This document shows, in pieces, positions 62,574 through 64,000 of a DNA stretch of 64,000 nucleotides. Both the position numbers and the translations under genes were made by a program. The notes under the pieces were generated by a model, which was not told where the DNA came from, did not search any database, and saw only the letters and a list, made by a program, of their open reading frames with translations. Positions within the stretch are counted from its first letter, which is position 1. Each line of letters begins with the position of its first letter. The stretch comes from a virus: positions 1 through 64,000 of the IMG/VR virus record IMGVR_UViG_3300017991_000083, one strand, 5' to 3'.

Positions 62574-63998
62574 CTAGCCCAGGCCCCCGGGCTGCAGAAA
62601 GAGCTTGTTCAGGGCGCTCTCGCGCCTCGAGAGGTAACGCACGATCCCGAGCTCGACTTCGGTCTCATCCAGACCCTCGAGGCCTGGCGAGGACATCAGA
62701 GCATCATGCGATACCATCTTGGCCGCCGCCGGCATCTGGCCCGTAGCGGCCAGGGTCGCGGCCATGTCGACCGGAATGAAGTCAGACGAGATGAACGGCG
62801 TGTCCGCCCACTCCTCGTCGATGCGATCGAGACCAAGCTCCTCGCGGATCATGTTGATTGTGAGAGCGCCTATCTTCCAGTAGATCTCGTGGATCTTGGC
62901 GAGCTCCTCTTCGTCCTTCTGCAGGAACGCACGCCAGTCGAGATAGACGTCCCTGTAGCCGAAGCCTAGGTCGGACCAGATGACTTCCTGGTTGAAGTGG
63001 TGCTTGAACAGGCGCAGGTGCGGCGCCACAGCGTCGCGCTTGAACTGCTCCGTCTGCTCCTGCGAGTTCAGCTTGCCCGTGGTCTGGTCGACGACCCCCA
63101 GGATGAACGGGGGGACGCCGTACATCGCCGCGATCTTGAGCATGAGAACACGGCTGTACTCCTGGTACTGCATCTCGTTCTGTGTGTTGGCCACCTTGGC
63201 GAACTGGACGCCGCCGCCGGCCGTACCCAGGAGCAGGGGCCGGTGCGGGTTGCCACGGAGCTCGTGATCCCACCACTGGCGTATCCGGGTCATGGCCTCA
63301 TTCACGGTCCCGCTCGGCAGGCCACTGAACATGACAGCGAACCGCGGAGTGGCGTCGTTCGCGAAGAAGTCCAGGTTGTACTGCGATGCGTAGAGCTCCG
63401 CTGTCACCGTCTGGCGGAGACTCTCGAGCGGCGAGAGCGGGTAGATGCGCCCGGACTCGGGGTAGGCGTTCATGTAGATGAGCTCGTCGCTCGGGAACTT
63501 GGCGACGACCTTGCCGCCGCCGTCGACCTGGTGGTAGGCCTCGGCGAGGCTACGGAAGATGCCCCGGTTGTCGACGTTCAGCTTGACCGTCTGTGAGGGC
63601 ACCGAATAGAGCTCGAACGGGGTCTTGGTCCCCTTTCCGCTGACGGCCTTGACGACCTCCATCGCGCCGGCGCCGTAGATGAGAGAGTCCTTCGTCACGC
63701 GCTGACGGATGGCGCTGAAGCTCTCCGTCGTCGCGTTCGGGTTCGCGATGAAGTCCTCGATCTCTTCCTTGTGGCGCAGCGTTTCGTCGGAGACCTTACC
63801 GCCCTTCCCCGGGACCACCTTGACGATCGGCTCGACTGAGACGATCCGATTCGTTGTCCTGTCGACGCAGACGCGCACCCACACGTTCCCGACATACATC
63901 AGTCGCATCTCGACGTAGGACAGGCCCTTATAGAGCTGCTTCGTCGGGAGCTCCTGTGCGTGCGAGAACTCCGGACCTCCGATCACGCTCTCCTTGCC
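62574..63998 (-). CDS. Portal protein, HK97-like (probably 5'-partial)
   Basis: LSPLESL, FFANDATP, IAAMYGVPP..LG, TINMIREELGL; frame open to the window edge. Confidence 0.93.
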   Translation of the reverse strand, partial: GKESVIGGPEFSHAQELPTKQLYKGLSYVEMRLMYVGNVWVRVCVDRTTNRIVSVEPIVKVVPGKGGKVSDETLRHKEEIEDFIANPNATTESFSAIRQRVTKDSLIYGAGAMEVVKAVSGKGTKTPFELYSVPSQTVKLNVDNRGIFRSLAEAYHQVDGGGKVVAKFPSDELIYMNAYPESGRIYPLSPLESLRQTVTAELYASQYNLDFFANDATPRFAVMFSGLPSGTVNEAMTRIRQWWDHELRGNPHRPLLLGTAGGGVQFAKVANTQNEMQYQEYSRVLMLKIAAMYGVPPFILGVVDQTTGKLNSQEQTEQFKRDAVAPHLRLFKHHFNQEVIWSDLGFGYRDVYLDWRAFLQKDEEELAKIHEIYWKIGALTINMIREELGLDRIDEEWADTPFISSDFIPVDMAATLAATGQMPAAAKMVSHDALMSSPGLEGLDETEVELGIVRYLSRRESALNKLFLQPGGLG

Positions 63999-64000
63999 CG

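Overview
A 64-kb segment of a high-GC (about 65% by eye) tailed dsDNA bacteriophage of siphovirus type. Nearly every real gene is on the minus strand, so the genome reads from the right end leftwards. (1) Head module: portal, MuF/SPP1-gp7-like protein, ChaB-ChaB-prohead protease fusion, acidic scaffold and HK97-fold capsid. (2) Inserted between capsid and neck genes: a cupin and six glycosyltransferase genes (seven GT domains). (3) Neck and tail module with a -1 frameshifted tail chaperone, a TP901-type tape measure and a 1879-aa tail tip, then an amidase endolysin and a SAM methyltransferase. (4) Replication and recombination module: SNF2 helicase, initiator, DnaB, DnaG, RusA-like resolvase, sigma factor, a DnaE split into two genes without an intein, UvsY-like, gp32-like SSB, UDG, RecA and SbcCD. 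(5) A TerS-like gene and a patatin. (6) A 3.5-kb early cassette with acidic DNA-mimic-like genes under a consensus sigma70 promoter, bracketed by two copies of a 26-bp-period repeat array. The best leads are: a probable virion-glycosylation system (capsid and tail tube both end in Ser); a winged-helix-like domain shared by the MuF C-terminus and the gene that interrupts dnaE; a palindromic operator shared by early and late control regions; and the repeat-bounded early cassette. No integrase, terminase large subunit, tRNA or CRISPR array was seen. All family assignments come from motif recognition by eye, not database searches.
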